Source: an uncultured Candidatus Saccharibacteria bacterium
GTDB taxonomy: Bacteria > Patescibacteriota > Minisyncoccia > Phycocordibacterales > Phycocordibacteraceae
DNA: 64,000 nucleotides
Direction: 5' to 3'
NCBI GenBank assembly: GCA_964595305.1
Contig: CAZQPW010000001.1
Coordinates: forward strand, 9,722 to 73,721
Shown: positions 61,493-64,000 of the stretch, piece after piece
How the letters are laid out: every line of letters starts with the position of its first letter
Numbering within the stretch: position 1 is the stretch's first letter
The notes under the pieces: model-generated
Database searches by the model: none
What the model was told of the DNA's origin: nothing
What the model saw: the letters and a program-made list of their open reading frames with translations, nothing else
Position numbers and translations under genes: made by a program

Positions 61493-64000
61493 ATGCACTT
61501 ACGAATCACTGCACTTTTTCTTATCATCATCCTTTCAATCCCCCAGCATGCCGTTGCAAGCGATTCGTTACCAGAGCACATTCTTAAGCAGCAAAACGCT
61601 AAGATTCTAGAAGTCCGATCGAGCGTATTCCTTGATGAGTCGGCACCAACATCGCTTGATGTGAAAATAAAAGCAGCAAGAAGTAAGGCTGAGTCAGGAG
61701 CAAGCGCTGAACGTGCAGCACTAAAAGCTGCTCGCAAGGCGGAAGGGGCAGGTTTTGCAACATCTACAAAATCAAAATCGCTCCAAAAGCTCCGCGCTTA
61801 TAACGACACTCTTAAGCGCAACCTGGACAGTGAGCTTACAAAACTCACATCAGAGGAGCGCTCACATATTCAGCAAGTAGAACCAAACTATTTGTACACC
61901 GAAGACGCGTATCTCCCTAACGATGTAGACGTAACGACGCAGTGGGCACTTAGAGCAGTAAATGCGCAGCAACAAACTATTTTTGATACTACGCCAACGC
62001 TTACACGCAAGGTGATTGTAGCAGTAATAGATAGTGGCATTGACTATATGCATGAAGATTTGAACGGCAGTATGTGGTCGAGTGCAACGTGTGTAGACTC
62101 AGTCGGCGCACCGATCGTAGCGGGCTGCACCAATGGGTATGACTTTTTAAGTAACGATGCCGACCCGTACCCGACAGAGGGGAATGGGCACGGGACCGCA
62201 GTCGCCTCACTAATTGCTGCCCAGACTGACAACGGCAAAGGCATCGCAAGTCTTTCCCAAAACCGCGCGCGCATCATGTCGCTCAGGGTCTCTGACGGTA
62301 ACGGAGCGTCGCTTGACGCCATCGTGCCCGCAATTTACTTTGCAGTTAACAACGGCGCCGACATCATCAACATGTCGCTCTCGGGGCCGACGTACTCGCA
62401 AACGATGGCGAATGCAATTACATTTGCAGAGAGTCGCGGCGTTACGATAGTTGCTGCAGCAGGTAACTATGGGTCGAGTAATGATGTTACACCAATGTAT
62501 CCCGCGAGTTATACAAACACAAATGTCATAGCAGTTGCTGCTACCGATAAGGATGCAAAGCTGGCGGCATTTTCAAACTACGGCAGCTCGGTCGATGTGA
62601 GTGCACCTGGAGTGGGTATCCGAGCTGCTCAGCCAGGCAACGCGTATGCAAGCCTGAACGGAACTTCATTTGCAGCGCCAATCATCAGTTCGTACATTGC
62701 GCGCGGAATAAGCGAAGGCAAAACGCCAATACAAATTATTTCTTCAATACCAAACAAAGTGCTTGGTTCCTATGTTGGTGCTGCAGGGGCCGCACTTCCT
62801 GCTTCGGCATTCGTCCGCATGCCTGATGGTCGCCTTTTTAATACAACAGCAAAAGGTGGAGAATATGTTGACGGGTACACGCTGGACTGCACAGTTAACT
62901 GCATTGGCGACAGCACGCTCGGCTTGGCTTCACAAATTTCTCCTGGAACAACGGATTTTAATAACCCGACAGCTGTAACCACTCTTACTCCGGTATTGAC
63001 ATGGAGCAGCGTAGCAGGAGCAGGAAGTTATGGTGTGTATCTCACCGATGTAACAACAGGCGCGACGGTGCTAGGCTTGACGCAAGATGTTCGCGCCGTG
63101 TCTTTAGGCACGGCATTTACTACGCCTACACTTATTGCAGGGCACGTGTATCGATGGAACACAGCGGTGCGCAAAACGACAACTGCAAGCACGAAAGAAA
63201 ATCTGACCCCAGTGTGGTATTTCCGTCCGCAGTCTGGCAGCACTCCTCCACCAACTACGCCACTTACTGCCCCAACATCAATGTCCCCCGGCAGTAGTGC
63301 AGCGCCAGGTCCAGTGCTTTCAAATACAGTTACTGCATCCTGGAGCAGCGTCGCACCCACAGCTACAGCACCTGTGACGCAATACAACATCGCGTGGCGC
63401 GACTTGTCTCAAGCAACGCCGCAAGAAGCGTACACAAACACAACAAGCTATTCTATAACAGGACTCATTCCTGGCAGATCATATCGCATGGACGTTGCGG
63501 CATGCAACGCCCTCGGATGCGGTCCGCGATCATCAAACTTTTACTTTACAGTCTCAAGTGGAACCAATGTGCCACCAACAGTTCCTGTTATCACAGGCTC
63601 AAGTAACAGCGAGGTAAATAAACTTTTTGTCCTCTCGTTTCAAACTAACGACGACACAGACCCGCTCCGCTTAGACGTGCGCTGGTTCACCACTGCTGAT
63701 CCTAACTACTACGAACCGTGGGGCGGCATGCATCCAAATTTCCCCGCAACGCTTGCGCATACGTACTCGACGCCCGGCTCATATTGCGTAACCGCGCGCG
63801 CATACGACGGCCAATACACTACAGCATGGAGCCCATGTTACAACGTTACGATAGGTGCGGGGAGCCCAGACTTAATTTTAAATTCCATCAACCCAGGCGT
63901 GAGTATTACTACGCCTGGTAGTTCAAACACCGCGACAGTGGTGGTGAAGAATAACGGTGTAGTAGCTGCCGGCGCGTCAACCGTTGCCCTTTACATTTCT
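61493..64000 (+). CDS. Secreted S8 (subtilisin-like) protease with Fn3, PKD and CARDB domains, 3'-truncated (not in the ORF track)
   Basis: Manual translation open to the window end: signal MHLRITALFLIIILSIPQHAVA, triad IDSG / HGTAVA / GTSFAAP, AAGN; then GLIPGRSY...ACNALG (Fn3), HTYSTPGSY (PKD), PDL...VKNNG (CARDB). Confidence 0.93.
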   Translation, partial: MHLRITALFLIIILSIPQHAVASDSLPEHILKQQNAKILEVRSSVFLDESAPTSLDVKIKAARSKAESGASAERAALKAARKAEGAGFATSTKSKSLQKLRAYNDTLKRNLDSELTKLTSEERSHIQQVEPNYLYTEDAYLPNDVDVTTQWALRAVNAQQQTIFDTTPTLTRKVIVAVIDSGIDYMHEDLNGSMWSSATCVDSVGAPIVAGCTNGYDFLSNDADPYPTEGNGHGTAVASLIAAQTDNGKGIASLSQNRARIMSLRVSDGNGASLDAIVPAIYFAVNNGADIINMSLSGPTYSQTMANAITFAESRGVTIVAAAGNYGSSNDVTPMYPASYTNTNVIAVAATDKDAKLAAFSNYGSSVDVSAPGVGIRAAQPGNAYASLNGTSFAAPIISSYIARGISEGKTPIQIISSIPNKVLGSYVGAAGAALPASAFVRMPDGRLFNTTAKGGEYVDGYTLDCTVNCIGDSTLGLASQISPGTTDFNNPTAVTTLTPVLTWSSVAGAGSYGVYLTDVTTGATVLGLTQDVRAVSLGTAFTTPTLIAGHVYRWNTAVRKTTTASTKENLTPVWYFRPQSGSTPPPTTPLTAPTSMSPGSSAAPGPVLSNTVTASWSSVAPTATAPVTQYNIAWRDLSQATPQEAYTNTTSYSITGLIPGRSYRMDVAACNALGCGPRSSNFYFTVSSGTNVPPTVPVITGSSNSEVNKLFVLSFQTNDDTDPLRLDVRWFTTADPNYYEPWGGMHPNFPATLAHTYSTPGSYCVTARAYDGQYTTAWSPCYNVTIGAGSPDLILNSINPGVSITTPGSSNTATVVVKNNGVVAAGASTVALYIS

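Noticed and set aside
61369-63921. Many short ORFs listed in the last 2.6 kb
   Set aside because: All overlap the single S8 protease frame starting at 61493 or its leader.

Overview
Compact, gene-dense chromosomal segment. Gene content and reduced protein forms point to a Patescibacteria (CPR, Parcubacteria-like) genome using genetic code 11; this taxonomy is inferred. Housekeeping content: 3' part of rpoC joined to dnaG-rpoD, uppP, prmC, dus, dnaX, an F1Fo ATP synthase operon interrupted by an antisense nucleotidyltransferase-like gene, ychF, leuS, mltG, mnmA, alaS, infA-rpmJ-rpsMKD-rpoA-rplQ-rplM-rpsI and grpE-dnaK-dnaJ. The ORF track missed two genes: a zinc-free rpmJ and a large secreted S8 protease-Fn3-PKD-CARDB gene that runs off the end. 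Main signals: (1) a degenerate tRNA-Gln followed by a folded ~150-bp element that carries both an inverted and a direct copy of the tRNA 3' end plus GNA-triloop hairpins, leading into a repeat-delimited MazG-like/Nudix/NADAR/Nudix cluster with no integrase; (2) about 20 apparently leaderless genes (TANNNT 5-8 nt before the start codon), some with overlapping bidirectional -10 boxes; (3) a surface-protein gene split at an (AG)5 tract; (4) an attenuator-like leader before the protease; (5) an ATP-cone/Mrr nuclease coupled to a Cas4-like nuclease. No CRISPR array, rRNA or transposase was seen. All calls come from motif recognition by eye, with no database searches.
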